DNA of 63,411 bases, filler included, from Reticulomyxa filosa (GCA_000512085.1; 13 parts of 13 records of this genome joined end to end with filler, not necessarily neighbours in it); one strand, 5' to 3'. Numbered from the whole stretch's first letter, positions 38,336 to 51,525 are shown. A program made the numbers and translations. The notes: generated from the letters alone by a model not told the origin.

Positions 38336-38520
38336 AAGATTTTTTTGAAATTATTATAGTGTCAGATCTGTCATGGATTTGAAGATATAGATGTCCCTCT
38401 AAACAACGTACTTTCGTTGTGTACAGCTCTTTTCGGTTGAAGCGAGACCGTTTTTTTGTTTCACCACAGGCTGCTTCCCAGTTTCTAAGTAAAGAAAAAG
38501 AAAAAACTCTTTAGATTAAA

Positions 38521-38782
38521 ATGTCGAGACCTCAACATAGAAAAGTTAGTATTTCTCTACTAATCTGGGGAGGGAGTAAACACTTAATTTGCTATATATA
38601 TGTGTTTGAAAAAGGACTTATTTGACGAAAGCTTTGACGTGCAGTACAAACAAACTCAAGCGAGTAGTAGTATTCCTCCACCAAAATTTTATCCTCCAGA
38701 CATAGCAAAGAATTGGAAAGAGAAAGCGAATGGTGCATTGAATACATTTCAAAGAGCAAAGACAGTAGCAGAGATGACAAGA
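38521..38782 (+). CDS. 5' exons of a hypothetical protein, truncated by contig end
   Basis: ATG at 38521 (MSRPQHRK), intron GTTAGT..AAG, exon DLFDESFDVQYK...EMTR, donor GTTAAA. Confidence 0.45.
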
Positions 38783-38999
38783 GTTAAATTATCTAAAAAA
38801 AGAGAAAAGAAAATTAATTAAAAAAAAAAAAANNNNNNNNNNNNNNNNNNNNNNNNNNNNNNNNNNNNNNNNNNNNTTAATTAATTAANNNNNNNNNNNN
38901 NNNNNNNNNNNNNNNNNNNNNNNNNNNNNNNNTTTATTTGTTTATTTGTTTATTTGTTTATTATCATTATTGTTATTATTTTACATTCTGTTTTTGCAT

Positions 39000-40522
39000 A
39001 ATTGCATTGTCTCTCAACATCACGACAAATGAAATACAGGGAATCGAAAAATACAGAAAATAAATGACGCAACTCAAAAAAGAGAACAAAGAAGTGTGTT
39101 CGTCCCGAGCACTCACGCAAAAGGAAGAATGGACGTGGACAGCGAGGACGATGACGACAACACACAATTGTTTTCATGGAACGACAACGAACACAGCACG
39201 GACAAAGGAACGAAAAGAAAAACAAACTCGGGTGGGAAATTGTCGGATTGGGGTGGCCTCGAAGATACGGACGAGGCTGCAAGAATTGTGGCAAGAAAAG
39301 CACGCTTTCAAACTGGGAAAAATAGTAGCAAAAATGCTCGTTTCGTCACATTGGCGAATCAGTCCGGCAGAACATCTACAAACGCTTTGCATTCGGCAGA
39401 TGACGCTAGTAGCAACAGCAATCTCTCAAATACAAATGCTTTGCCTGAACGTTTGGATTGGCATGCATTACGTGTGATTGGAACATGTAAAAAGCTTGAA
39501 AAATCTTACTTGCGACTCACTTCCGTTAAGTTGTTTGTTTGTTTGTAAGTTCTGTCGTGTTGTTTCAAGAAATTAATACTTCAACCTAAACAATGATGAT
39601 CATTTTTGCACTTTTTTTTTTTTAGGCTCCAGAACCTAGTGAGGTCAGAGACGAAGAAACCTGTCATAAAGTGTTTCGTATGTTATTGAATCGATGGCGA
39701 TCACAACGCGATTACGCTTATGTTGGTGATCAATTTAAGTCATTACGACAAGATTTAAAGGTTCAGCATATACGAAATCAGTTAACTGTTGACGTTTATG
39801 AGAGCAATGCACGAATTTGTTTAGAGGTTGGGGATTTGTCTGAATATAATCAATGCCAATCTCAATTAAAAGAATTATACAAGTTAAGTGAATCTTTTCG
39901 ACATAATTTTGTGGAATTTTTATGTTATCGTTTATTGTACTTCGCAATTACGCGAAATTCTGCTGGAATTTTGGAGACATTAAAAGTCAATGCTTCCTAT
40001 CGAAGACATCCTCAAGTTAATTTACTTTTTTTTTTTTTTTTTTTTGCTAATTGCGAGAGGATTAGTGAAAAAAAACTGAACAACAAAATATTACAGGTTG
40101 TAAAAATACGTAGTATCATAGACACTTTGCAGTCTATGAACTATGTTAAGTTTTTTCGTTTATACAAAACAACCCCACATCATATCCAATGTATGTTGAA
40201 CCAAATTCTTCATAAGACAAGGTATCGAACCTTGGTTTACATATGTAATGCATATGGGCAAACCCAATATTCAGTGGAAGCCATTACAGAAATTCTTGGG
40301 TTTGAAAATAAAACTCAATGTATGGACTACTTAAATCAAAGTGGTATAAAATTAAAACATGTGCAATCTTTGGACTGGATCGATTGTAAACTATCCAGAG
40401 CAACTTTGCGAGAGTTCATTCCTAAATCAAATGATGACAAACTAGGAATTACTCATGGCTCGCTTTACCACGAAAAAGAGTCAGAAAAATGCACACTTGA
40501 AAAGTTTTTACTAAAATCCTAA
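39000..40522 (+). CDS. LENG8: SAC3/GANP-family PCI protein, LENG8/Thp3 type, 5' truncated
   Basis: VIGTCKKLEKSYLRLTS-APEPSEVR, DQFKSLRQDLKVQHIRNQLTVDVYESNARICLEVGDLSEYNQCQSQLKELY, EFLCYRLLY, NYVKFFRLY. Confidence 0.88.
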
Positions 40523-40865
40523 AAGCAACAGTGTTTTTTTTATTTGCTTATTTTGTTTGTTTTTAACTTTTACTTTGACGCTTCTCAATTGCTTTTTTCA
40601 AAGAACGGATTTGTCTCTCAAATGTATGACTTAAAGTTTCTGAGGATTGCATCGTTAGTACTTTTTTCCTTTCAAAATTTGGACAAAGTTCTGAAAGAAC
40701 ACTTATATCTCGACAGAGGCAAACACCCAACGGGCCAAATTTACTTTACTAATTTTGAAAAAAATTGACATCGTGAGGTTTTGAATATCGCCGAAAGCAA
40801 AAAAAAAAGTCATTTAAATAAGAATTAGATATATAAACAAAATATCCCAAAATATCTGCCCAAAC

Positions 40866-43152
40866 TCACTCCAGCATGAAAAAAGCAAATCCTGCCGATT
40901 CCCATATGGGCTTTCCATCAGCGTTTTCAAATTGCTTCAGCGTTGTGGTACAGTTATTCAAGCATGAATTGGCCTTATCTTTGTCATACGAACCAGTAAA
41001 CTGCAAGAGTAATGTCGTGATAATTTTCTGCCACATTAACCTGCATCTCAAGGGCTTTTTTCGATTGTCCCTTTTTTTTAATGTGCAAAGCTGCTAATAG
41101 AAAAATACAAAGAGTATACATAGTGTATGTGTTCATGATTTTTAAAAAAATGTTTATTTGTAAACTCCAGTTGTGCAACAATTCCTTTGGCCAAATCGAT
41201 AACAGAACCAGAATGTACAGTTTCAATCAAATTGGAAGCAACATCTCCAGACGGATCCAGTAGTTTCAATATAACTTGAAAAATACCGAACAAATCCAGC
41301 TGTATTATGTAACGTGTTGTGTATTTTTCTTTACTTCCTCTTTTTGAATATATCTAATGAAACGTAACGTCGTAAGACCACGCTTGACTTTTGGCCTGCG
41401 ACGATGATGACATTTTTTGACGCAATGTCTGATATACAAAAGCCAACTTTCCTGCATGTTTGCTGTATCGTTCGTCACTAGCATTGACAAAAAAGGAGGC
41501 ATTTTCTTTCTCGTTCACAATGATGGCATCACCAAAGTGTCTCAGCAACAAGTTAAAGCTTTTGTTATTCTGTGCTGCGTTAGTTTCTGGATTACTGACA
41601 GTCCACAAAAATTAAACCACAAAACAATCAATATACATATGTGTGTATATATTTTCCTACTAAATTTATTACATAGTAATTGAAGCAAGAAAAGCTTAGT
41701 AATTTTTTTTTTAGCAGCAGAAAAAAACCAAAACTGGCATTACGTGAATCTTGAGGGGTATTGCAAAGCAAGCGATTGAGTATCAATATTCGTGTGTATG
41801 ATTTGATGTTCGTGTAACATAGAGGTAATTTCGAACATGTTTGCGCTATAAAAGACAGCAAGTTTTTCAGGAAGCAGCTGATTATTTCTCTTGAATGCAT
41901 CGATTAAATTCTAACATTAAAAAAAACAAACAAAACATGACGCAATCAATATTAGTGACAGAAAAAAAAAAAAAAAGGGAATGAATGCAATGGAATCAAG
42001 TACCTGCACGGATTTATGTGTTTGAAAGTTTGACAGCAACGTACACACGGCATGTTTGAACAAAAAGATTTTGTGTGGAAAGTATGCAAAGAAAGAGGTC
42101 GCATTTGGATTTTTGGTGATCAAGCGTAAACCAATGTGATGTTCCCAGAGACTTCGGAACCGATCCCATTCAATAAGCAGCAGTTTGTCGGGCGGAGAAG
42201 TACTGGTGTTGTCGATCATGTCTTTCACTGCAAACGCATAGCATTGCGCTTGCAGCTCGCTTTCTTCAGGTAAATATTTCTTTATGATCAGGCATTGGTC
42301 TTTGGTCAAAGAGACCATTTTATCTTTCATTCCAATAATTTTTTGGCTGTAAAGCAAGGTACATTTCAAAAAAAACAAAACAAAACAAAAATGAAATGAA
42401 ATGAATGAGGAAATAACTAAAAATGAAACAGTAGTTGCTCAACGCCTCAAATGGCAATTCCATGTTTGTAAAGTTCAAAATACCGTCATTACGGCAATGG
42501 TCCAAATATTGTCTTTGAATGCCGTCATCACGTTGTTTTTTGAATGTAATGGCGAACGGATTGTTTTCTTTGCTTTTGCCATTGCTTGCATTGTAACTGT
42601 TATCTTTGAGTTTTGTCACAATCATGTTTTCTTTATTTGCTAATGCCAACGAAAAATGCGATGGGTTTGAGGATTGCACATTTCCCCCCATTCCCATTCC
42701 TATTCCTATTCCTATTCCTATTCCCATCCCCATTCCCATTCCCACTCTCATTCCTGTTCCTGCTCCCATTGCGTCGAGGGTATTGGTGTCTTCGCGTATT
42801 TCAAACATATTGTCAGCCGACTCATTGCGCGATAGCCTGTCTTGCGTTTGTGTCGGCCGACCCTTCTCCTCGATATGCATCACTGTGTTCGGGTCGTCCA
42901 TTTCACGCAAGTCCACGGGGTGCAGCGCCTCGTTGAACACGTCATTCACGCACGCTATCGCCTCTCTACTGTGCAGCGTCTTCGTGGCAGACGCAAGGCC
43001 CCTTTGGAGTATTGTGGTATTCCCTACTCTCATCGTGGCCTGTGTCGGCGTGTCATTCGCTCTGCGACTGCTCAATTTCTTTGGCTGCTCAAAAAACTTG
43101 GTAAAAGACGTAAAGTCATTGTTATTGTTATTATTATTTATATTATTATTTA

Positions 43153-43193
<41 letters not shown>

Positions 43194-44119
43194 ATAATAT
43201 TATTGTTATTATTATTATTATTATTATTAATATTGTTGCCATTGTTATTATTGTCATTGTTACTGTTGTTATTACTCGTGTTATCATTATTATTGTTGCT
43301 ATTGCTGCCTTTGTTCTTATTATTCGTGTGAAGATGACCATTGTGGTTCATGTTGTTTCCAATTGAAATGTTGGGCGCGTCATTCGAATGCATAAAAAGC
43401 TTTGCGCCAAGAAGACCGTTTTGCGTGGGACGGCGAATTGTCGAGTCCAAGAACTCCAACTTTTTCTTCAATTCAGGTGACTCTAATTTCAGACCATAGC
43501 CGTCCGCTCCGCTTTGTCCTTTGTTCGGATTGCTCAGCTTTAAATATAAATATATATGTACATATATGTATATGTATATACTTATATATATATATATATA
43601 TATGTAAATGGATATGTCTACAAATAAAAGCAGAATATTCAAACCAAAGTGTCCAACTCGTCAAGGATACTGCGCTGAACAGGAGCGTTGGTGTCGTACA
43701 AATCATTAGCAGGAGGAATGCCAGGGGAGTGGACAAGATGCGAGGATTTGACATTGGAGAAGAGATGGACGGCCTGTGATTTGAGTGGGTTGTCTTTGCG
43801 TGCGGAGGAGAAGCGCGTTTGCCCGGGTTCCTCGACGGCATTCGAGTGGGTATCAAAGGCGTGGAACGAGACGATTTTGCCCACGGCGCGAGTCATGGCC
43901 ATTTCGTCCATGTCGTCGCTCCACTCTTGCGTCCACTTGTTTTTGTATTGGAGATAGCGCAGCTCTTCGAAAGACCACTGTCCAACGTCGTTGCCGTCCG
44001 CATAATTCAGCAGCTCGGAGTCATAAAATGACTGAACAAATTCGTTCCCGTCCAAGCGCGCTTTCCCGACTGGCTTTTTGCGCATCTGTATTGACTGTTG
44101 CTGCTGTTGTTGTTGTTGT

Positions 44120-44156
<37 letters not shown>

Positions 44157-45416
44157 TCTGCAAGTCCAGATCTTTGTTCCAAGTGTCGGCCAGCACATGT
44201 GACTTGACCAGTGTCGGCAGCATGGAATTAAATGGCTTTGCATGGTCATGACCAATGTGGCTAACTTGATTAACTTGAGTGACTTCGTCCACATAGATTG
44301 GAAATAGATTCAAGTTTGTCTGGCTGTTCTTGCTTTCCATTGCTTGGCTGTGGTCGTACGGGTCAATGTGTTCGATCTTGACATTGAAATCGGAAATCGA
44401 ATTGGACCCTTTCAACCATTGTGATGGTGGTGGTTGCTTTTGTATTACACTTGACAACGGCCCGCTTCTTGATTGGGTGACACGACTCGAGTTCTCCACA
44501 TTTGCAACAGTTATGTGCTAAAGTGCATAACATTTGTCATCACACACACACACACACACACATATAACATAACACAAATTGGCCGCGAGTGTTTGTGAAT
44601 CAAACAATAAACAACAACACAAACTTGATTGGTGGGAAGAACACTTTCGGATGGACGATGGAAGCGAATGCCCGAATCGTGACTGATACTCATGTTCATC
44701 GCGGACATGTCATGGACATTTTCTGAGTGGACTGCCGGATAAGTATCGGAAGATATCATTTGCATGGGTTTGTGTGACAATAATGAAGAAGAAGAAGAAG
44801 AAGAAGAAGATAATGATGATGACGAGGATGAAGATAAAGAGGAAGGCTTGGATTCATTCCACGCCGAGACCGACATTGCTGTGCTCGTGGAATAATAGTG
44901 CCCACCGTCTTGCTTGTTTCCATTGAGACAAGAGATATCTTGTGGCGCTTGCATTTGCTGCGAGATGGAGGTTATTCGGACGCTGCTGGGAAAGATTGGG
45001 TCTGGTACTCTTACTTTCTCGTCCCGTGATGCTTGTTGATTCACACTCGTACACACCTGTCTCCTCTGCACACTATTTATAATACCACTATTACTATTAT
45101 TACTATTACCACCACCACTACTACTACTACTACAACTACTACTACTACTGTTATTGCTAGTGCTTCTGTTTTCAACTTTCACTTCGTTCATTCGTCGTGA
45201 CATGCGCTGTGTAAACTGCTCATATGCTTTTTGCAAGTCAGACAACGGCTCTGCACGCTCCGCCATTCCTGCTTCCACACTTGTGCGCTCAGGTTAAAAT
45301 CTCTCATGTTTTCTGCCACCATGCCCACGCCCGCCAAAACAACGCCACTTTTTGTCCAATTTTGTTCTCATGTAAGTAATTGAATATTTCAAGTTTCTCC
45401 TCGCGTGTGTTTATCT

Positions 45417-45453
<37 letters not shown>

Positions 45454-46267
45454 ATTGGTTGCCCCAAGAGTTTACATTGTGCGTTGCTACAATAATAATT
45501 TTTTTAAAAAAATTGGATGACGATGCAAAATGTGAACCCTCAGAACAAAGTTCGTCGCTTCTTACATATTCAAGCCAAATCCGCAAATACTTGTCAAAAT
45601 TGTAATATTTTTTCTCATGCTTGAATTGCTGACAACACTCTTCCAATACTTTGGGTAATCTCGATTCTGTATGGTTGTCACCATAGGTTGATTTCAACCA
45701 TTTTATAAATCTTTTTTTTTTTTTTTTTTTTTGTATTGTTAGAGTTGGAAAATGAGAACAGTATCTCGTATATGAATCACTAAATACTATAAGTGTATAT
45801 GTGATGTTTATTATATACATATATACATATGTATGTATATATTCCTTCAAATAAAACGCTACAAATATGCTTCCTCACATAACGCTCAACTTCAACCATG
45901 AATCAATCGAGGTCTTGTTTTTTGCCATATATTTTTCCCATTGCCTACAAATTAAATAGTTGTAATTTTTTTTTAAATATTTTTTGTCGGTGTTTTTGTT
46001 TTGTCGGACTGAAAGTGGTCGGAGAAAACACTTTTTTTTTCCCTCTCTCCTCTTGTCTTCCTTTCTAAACTCTCGCTCTTGATTCAGTTTTGTGTTTCTT
46101 TCGCGTGTGCTGTAATCTTGTAAACTTTTGGCTAACTCTGGTGGTCGTCTGCGTCCGCTATGTTGCCAAGTGTTCATACTGTCTTGCGTTGTATCCAAAC
46201 CAAGAACGTTCATTGGCTGGCTTTTCTCACTTGCCAATCTGGTCAGAGATGTTGCTTTATTTATCAT
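40866..46267 (-). CDS. BUB1: MadBub-family spindle checkpoint protein (Bub1-like architecture) with degenerate kinase domain
   Basis: Mad3/Bub1 TPR (FIKWLKSTYG..SRLPKVLEECCQQFKHEKKYYNFDKYLRIWLEY; GMAERAEPLSDLQKAYEQFTQRM), ABBA-like FPIYVDE and FEIRED, GLEBS WSFEELR, CD1-like TKTLHSREAIACVNDVF, NKEN, Bub1-like kinase remnants LWEHHIG, WSYD-LDLFGI, MWQKII. Confidence 0.82.
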
Positions 46268-47377
46268 TTTTTTCCCTAATTGGGCTAAAAAGCCAAGTTT
46301 AGAGGGCCTTAGTTCCCTTTGAGACAGTTTGGTCGTTTCAGTTGCGGTTGTCTACACTTTTTGCTCATTGTCCCACACTTAAGGAAAAATGCTCTCAGAT
46401 TACTATCACAAAAAAATCTTGGAGACTCGAAACAAAATTTTGCGTAATGATTGCTTCATATTGCTTGTACACTCTACAATGTCAACTAAATATTTAGATT
46501 ACTTATTACAATAATTGTTTGCAGAGAATTGCACAAAAATGTTATGTCTGTTTGTCAGCTTCCAATATTTTGAATAATTTTGTCTCAAGTAAATTCTGTA
46601 ATTTATTCGTATATATTTTTTAGAAATAGTGATAATGACATCGCTTCAATGGGGCATAGCCCAACTACAAGACGCAATAAATTTATAAAAAAATTGTCAA
46701 AACAAACAAAATTATAATATTAAATTCACGCTTTACTTTTTTCTTTAAATCTAACAAAAGAAAAATTTCTTCATGCAATTTGGTGAATCGATAGCCTTTG
46801 GTCTATTTGATGATGCGAAATTTCTTCTTTGATGGAATTCTCGTTTTTGTATGCATACTTGCTTTCCAACCGGCCAGCTGTTTGAAGATTGTTTGAAAAG
46901 TCTCAAGTCGAACATTTTAATACCATGATGCTTGTCAATATTCTCAAGCAACTAGCTTTTGAGGCTTTGCATAAAATGTATAAAAGTGCTTTTTTAATTC
47001 TCATATAAAGTAAGTTAAACTTTCAAATTGTGGAGTAATGTTAGTAATGACAAGGAGGTTTATGCAAATTCAGCATTTTGAAAAAGATGTATTATACTAA
47101 TGGTTTACTTTCAACTTAAAATATGCAGAAATGAGATTAGAAACATCTCTTTAGGTTTCGGGTACATATTTATACATGCACCAATCTTCACTCTTACAAA
47201 TAAAATAGTTGTAGGACAAGTCCCTACTATAAATACTTAAACACAAATGGAACTGAGGAATCCCCAGTAGGCTAAACNNNNNNNNNNNNNNNNNNNNNNN
47301 NNNNNNNNNNNNNNNNNNNNNTTAATTAATTAANNNNNNNNNNNNNNNNNNNNNNNNNNNNNNNNNNNNNNNNNNNN

Positions 47378-47422
<45 letters not shown>

Positions 47423-47444
47423 TATATATGTACATATATATGTA

Positions 47445-47820
47445 AGAAACTATTCGAAACGCATCATTTTGAATGACACTCTGAATAAACGTATTCATAC
47501 GATAACTCATCAAAAAATAGTGTAAGTCAATGGCTTGCAATATCCCTTCGTCGCTTAATGGGGCGTCCATTATGGTGGTGCTATTACTAGGATTAACGTC
47601 GGTACTATTCGACGTTGCACTTTGTGCAGCACCTTCGTGGCTCTTGTTTTTGTCCATTTCTTTTTCTGCTCGAAATTGTTCGTACAGCCCTTTTCCAAAC
47701 ATTGATACTTTGGATTGGAGGGTCGCTTCGGCGTCATTCCAGGTTGACTTTGCATGGCGGATGTAGATGATTATTCGAGTATCCACAATGATTGGCGGCA
47801 ATGTGGTGCTTTCTTCTAAG
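47445..47820 (-). CDS. Histidine phosphatase / phosphoglycerate-mutase family exon, 3' truncated
   Basis: IIIYIRHAKSTWN (RHG-type motif) and DAPLSDEGILQA. Confidence 0.75.
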
Positions 47821-48809
47821 CAATTTCCACACTTCCGATTTCAAATTTGCCTGACGCCAACTGGTTAATTTCTCCCTTCTTCAGTTTATCAATACTAGGC
47901 ACACAAACATACGCATTTACTTATACGTGCGTATCACAGTATATGTGCACACATCAATTTCAATTCCACAAGTCATGCTTAGAGAAAGCTCATAATTTGC
48001 TTCATATTTTACAAATTATGAATTAGTTATTCACTGATGAGTGAACTTTTTTGTGAACAGAATGTCCCCCCCCCCTCCCTCTCACACCTGTTGCCATTGG
48101 GCTGAGGGTCTTGTTGCATTTATTTGGTTAATTTATTTTTTTTGTTGAGTGTAATTGTTAATTCATAAGGAAGTGCTACACATTTTTTCAAAGCTTATGT
48201 ACAACCTGTGGTCCCATTTTCAGTATTTGAAACCTGTGCAAAAACAAATGTTAATTACTTTTTTTCTAAAGTTTGTTATCGTCTGTTCCACTCGCTTTAT
48301 CTCTAAACCTAAATACATTTTTATAAAACAAATTTAATACTTGATTTAGTGGATGTGTATTTGAAAGCATCTTTTTGGTGAATTGTTTCCAAAAATGTTA
48401 AATATAAACGAAATTATGAAAAATCATTTTAGTTGCTTATACTTGATGTCATTGAAAATACTGAAACATTGTATCTACTAATATCCTTTAACCTTACAAA
48501 ATTTTTGATCAACGTGTATACAAGGATGGCTCTTTTTCATCTGCTATAAAATAATATCTTTTTGGGTCGTTGATCCAATTTATTTTGTTCAAGTCATATG
48601 TAGCGATTGATGTATATCTTGTTTTCAGATTTCTTTGGAAAAAATGCTAAATGAGAAATTCCACATAAAAAGAGTTCACTTAGTTAAATTTTTCTACGTT
48701 ATTTCCATAATAAAATAACAACGTTGGCAGTCAGTCCCGCTGTAAGCCATACGTCAGTGAAGGTACAAGGGGGAGGGGGTCATCCTTTCATTAGAAAAAA
48801 AAATAGATA

Positions 48810-49589
48810 ATGTCAACAAAAAGCAACTTGAGACAAGTGTTTGGGGAAGACAATTTGAAAGTAATTGAAAAAGCAAAAGTGTTGGTAGTAGGAGCAGGAG
48901 GAATAGGCAGTGAGCTCTTGAAAAACTTGGTCAGTTCTGGATTCACCGACATCGACGTGGTAAGAAAAAAAAAAGGGGGAGGGGAGGGGACCATTTCTTT
49001 TTTTAGAACGTTTCCAACCGGAGCTATACATTGGCTTCCAGTAAAAAAAAAACAAACAAACAAAAAACAGATAGATTTGGACACGATCGAAGTGTCGAAT
49101 TTGAACCGGCAATTTCTGTTTCGCCAAAAGCACGTCGGAAAATCGAAAGCACAGATTGCGGCGTTGGAAGTGTCGAAATTTGGAGAAGACAAAGTGAGCG
49201 TGCGTGGACGCTTAGGAGACATAAAAAGCTCGGACTTTGGCAGGGAGTATTTCATGCAATACGACATAATTTTAAATGCGTTGGACAACATAAGCGCACG
49301 TCGCCATGTGAACCGAATTTGCGTGGCGCAAAATAAGGTGTTTGTGGAATCGGGCACGCAAGGCTTTTTGGGACAAGTGATCCCCATTATCCCCGACCTG
49401 TCCAATTGCTGGGAGTGCAATCCCAAAGACTCGCAGACAAAAAGTTACCCCGTGTGCACCATTCGGTCGACGCCGGACAAGCCCGTGCATTGTATCGTGT
49501 GGGCGAAGGAGTTATTTCACTTACTCTTTGAACCCGCTGACGAGTCAAGCATTTTAAAGGATTTAAAAGTTTTGCAAGATACATATTAA
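48810..49589 (+). CDS. UBA2: SUMO-activating enzyme subunit 2 (UBA2/SAE2), 3' truncated
   Basis: VLVVGAGGIGSELLKNL, IDLDTIEVSNLNRQFLF, NALDNISARRHVNR, CWEC, YPVCTIRSTPDKPVHCIVWAKELF with the catalytic Cys; intron ~48960-49070. Confidence 0.93.
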   Translation: MSTKSNLRQVFGEDNLKVIEKAKVLVVGAGGIGSELLKNLVSSGFTDIDVVRKKKGGGEGTISFFRTFPTGAIHWLPVKKKQTNKKQIDLDTIEVSNLNRQFLFRQKHVGKSKAQIAALEVSKFGEDKVSVRGRLGDIKSSDFGREYFMQYDIILNALDNISARRHVNRICVAQNKVFVESGTQGFLGQVIPIIPDLSNCWECNPKDSQTKSYPVCTIRSTPDKPVHCIVWAKELFHLLFEPADESSILKDLKVLQDTY

Positions 49590-49831
49590 TAATGTACACT
49601 TTCAAAAAAAAAAAAAAAAAAAAAAAATTTTTTTTGAAAATTATAGATAATTTTTTTTTTTTTTTTTTTTTAAAGTTCAATTTCAACTTTTTTTTTTTCC
49701 CCCCTCCCCCCCTTTTTTTTTTTTTTTTTTTNNNNNNNNNNNNNNNNNNNNNNNNNNNNNNNNNNNNNNNNNNNNTTAATTAATTAANNNNNNNNNNNNN
49801 NNNNNNNNNNNNNNNNNNNNNNNNNNNNNNN

Positions 49832-50140
49832 CAAATTCAAGTGTTCAATGGACATACAAATTGGGTATGTGCTGTCGAATATTTACCATTTGTAATTAAT
49901 GATAGTGTCGGTAATTCGAATGTGATATGTTCTGGATCATTGGATAATACAATTCGTTTTTGGGATATTCGATCAAATAAGAACGAATTATTTATGATCA
50001 AAGGAGATGAGAAAGAAGATGATGGAATAATGTGTCTTAAATATATTGTATTGAAAAAAAAAGATAATACAAAAAATGTTACATATGATTTGAATTTGTG
50101 TTATGGCTCAAATAATGGTCCCATTCGTATTTGGGGATAA
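49832..50140 (+). CDS. WD40-repeat protein C-terminus (expanded foraminiferan-type family), 5' truncated
   Basis: FNGHTNWVCAVEY..VICSGSLDNTIRFWDIRSNK..LCYGSNNGPIRIWG. Confidence 0.85.
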   Translation, partial: QIQVFNGHTNWVCAVEYLPFVINDSVGNSNVICSGSLDNTIRFWDIRSNKNELFMIKGDEKEDDGIMCLKYIVLKKKDNTKNVTYDLNLCYGSNNGPIRIWG

Positions 50141-50749
50141 TTTATTTTTTTTCGGATAAGAAAGGAAATTGTTTTTGTTTGAAAATTTTGATTAAAAGAA
50201 AATTAAATTTGTTTAATTTGATTGAATGCAGACATTGAAGGATTTGTTTTATCTTAATTTGTCGTTTAAAAAATTGAAAAGCATAATAAATAAAAATTTT
50301 ATTTAAATATCAAAATAAACTGCAAGGTATTTCAAGTATTTCGATTTTTTCATTGCGAATCAATACTAATTTTTTTAGATTGCTTTTTTTTTTTGTTTAT
50401 TTGCTATTGTTTTTTGTATAGTATTGAACCTTCAAAATAGTATAAAGTGAAAAGAACAACATGACATATTATGAAGAATTTTTTATATTATTTTATATCA
50501 TCTAAGATAATCTCAAGAAAAACAAGAATTAGTTAATTTCTGACACAACTTTATTTGCTGTATTTAATAAAAATACTTAAAAAAACAAGTTCTATTCATA
50601 CAATTAAAAAAACAAAACAAAAATATACTACAAATTTCGCGACGCTGCCACAGTTGAAATATTTTTACCAAATATCTCATGTTTTTGTGACAGAATCATT
50701 ATCTTTTGTTTTTATTTCTATTTTTTCATCATTATCATTATTTTCAAGT

Positions 50750-51425
50750 TGAGATTCTGATTCAACAGCAATTCAGTTCCCTTGATGGAACATACCAAAT
50801 CTTAAATTAAGACAATATCGTTGATATTCATTTGTATTCTTAATTCTGCCAATTTGGAAATAATATTTTGACTATGAATATCAATCCATTTATCATTGAA
50901 TACTTCATATACATGTGCTGTTGAAATCCTGCACCAATGATAGCAATATAGTTAAAATAAGTTGAAGGAGAAACGGATTTGGATAATTGTTCAGCATTTC
51001 TTCATATTTTTTTAGATGTTTAATCATTGTTATTTTGTAAATGGCCATAAATAACATCATTTATATTATTATATTTTTATTTTGATTTATACCAATCAAT
51101 GTAATATTAATATTTTCATCATTTAATACCTTACTTCTATAAGTGACAATCAGACACCAAATTTATTATTTAATTACTCATCATTGTATTTGAGTAATTA
51201 AATCTTATAAACTTGTTGCTGTCTTATTTTCTTGGCTTTCATTTCGTAAGATGATCCTAATTTGATTATATAAAAGCATTGATAATGATTGTCCTTCACA
51301 GTCTGGACAATTATATAATATTTTGTCAAAATTGAATGAGATATCATCAAATCCAAGATTCACACATACTAGAAACTTTGCTTTTGAAGCTAAACAATCA
51401 GTATTTGTGCAATAATCTTGTAAAT
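50750..51425 (-). pseudogene. Degraded coding remnant with Cys motifs
   Basis: Interrupted frames read CLASKAKFLVCVNLGFDDISFNFDKILYNCPDCEG and IAIIGAGF..HVYEVFNDKWIDI with stops and frameshifts. Confidence 0.35.
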
Positions 51426-51525
51426 NNNNNNNNNNNNNNNNNNNNNNNNNNNNNNNNNNNNNNNNNNNNTTAATTAATTAANNNNNNNNNNNNNNNNNNN
51501 NNNNNNNNNNNNNNNNNNNNNNNNN

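Noticed and set aside
42606-43366. Poly-Leu/poly-Ile antisense ORFs (also 21864-22256, 30139-30435, 57282-57553)
   Set aside because: Shadow translations of (AAT)n poly-Asn tracts
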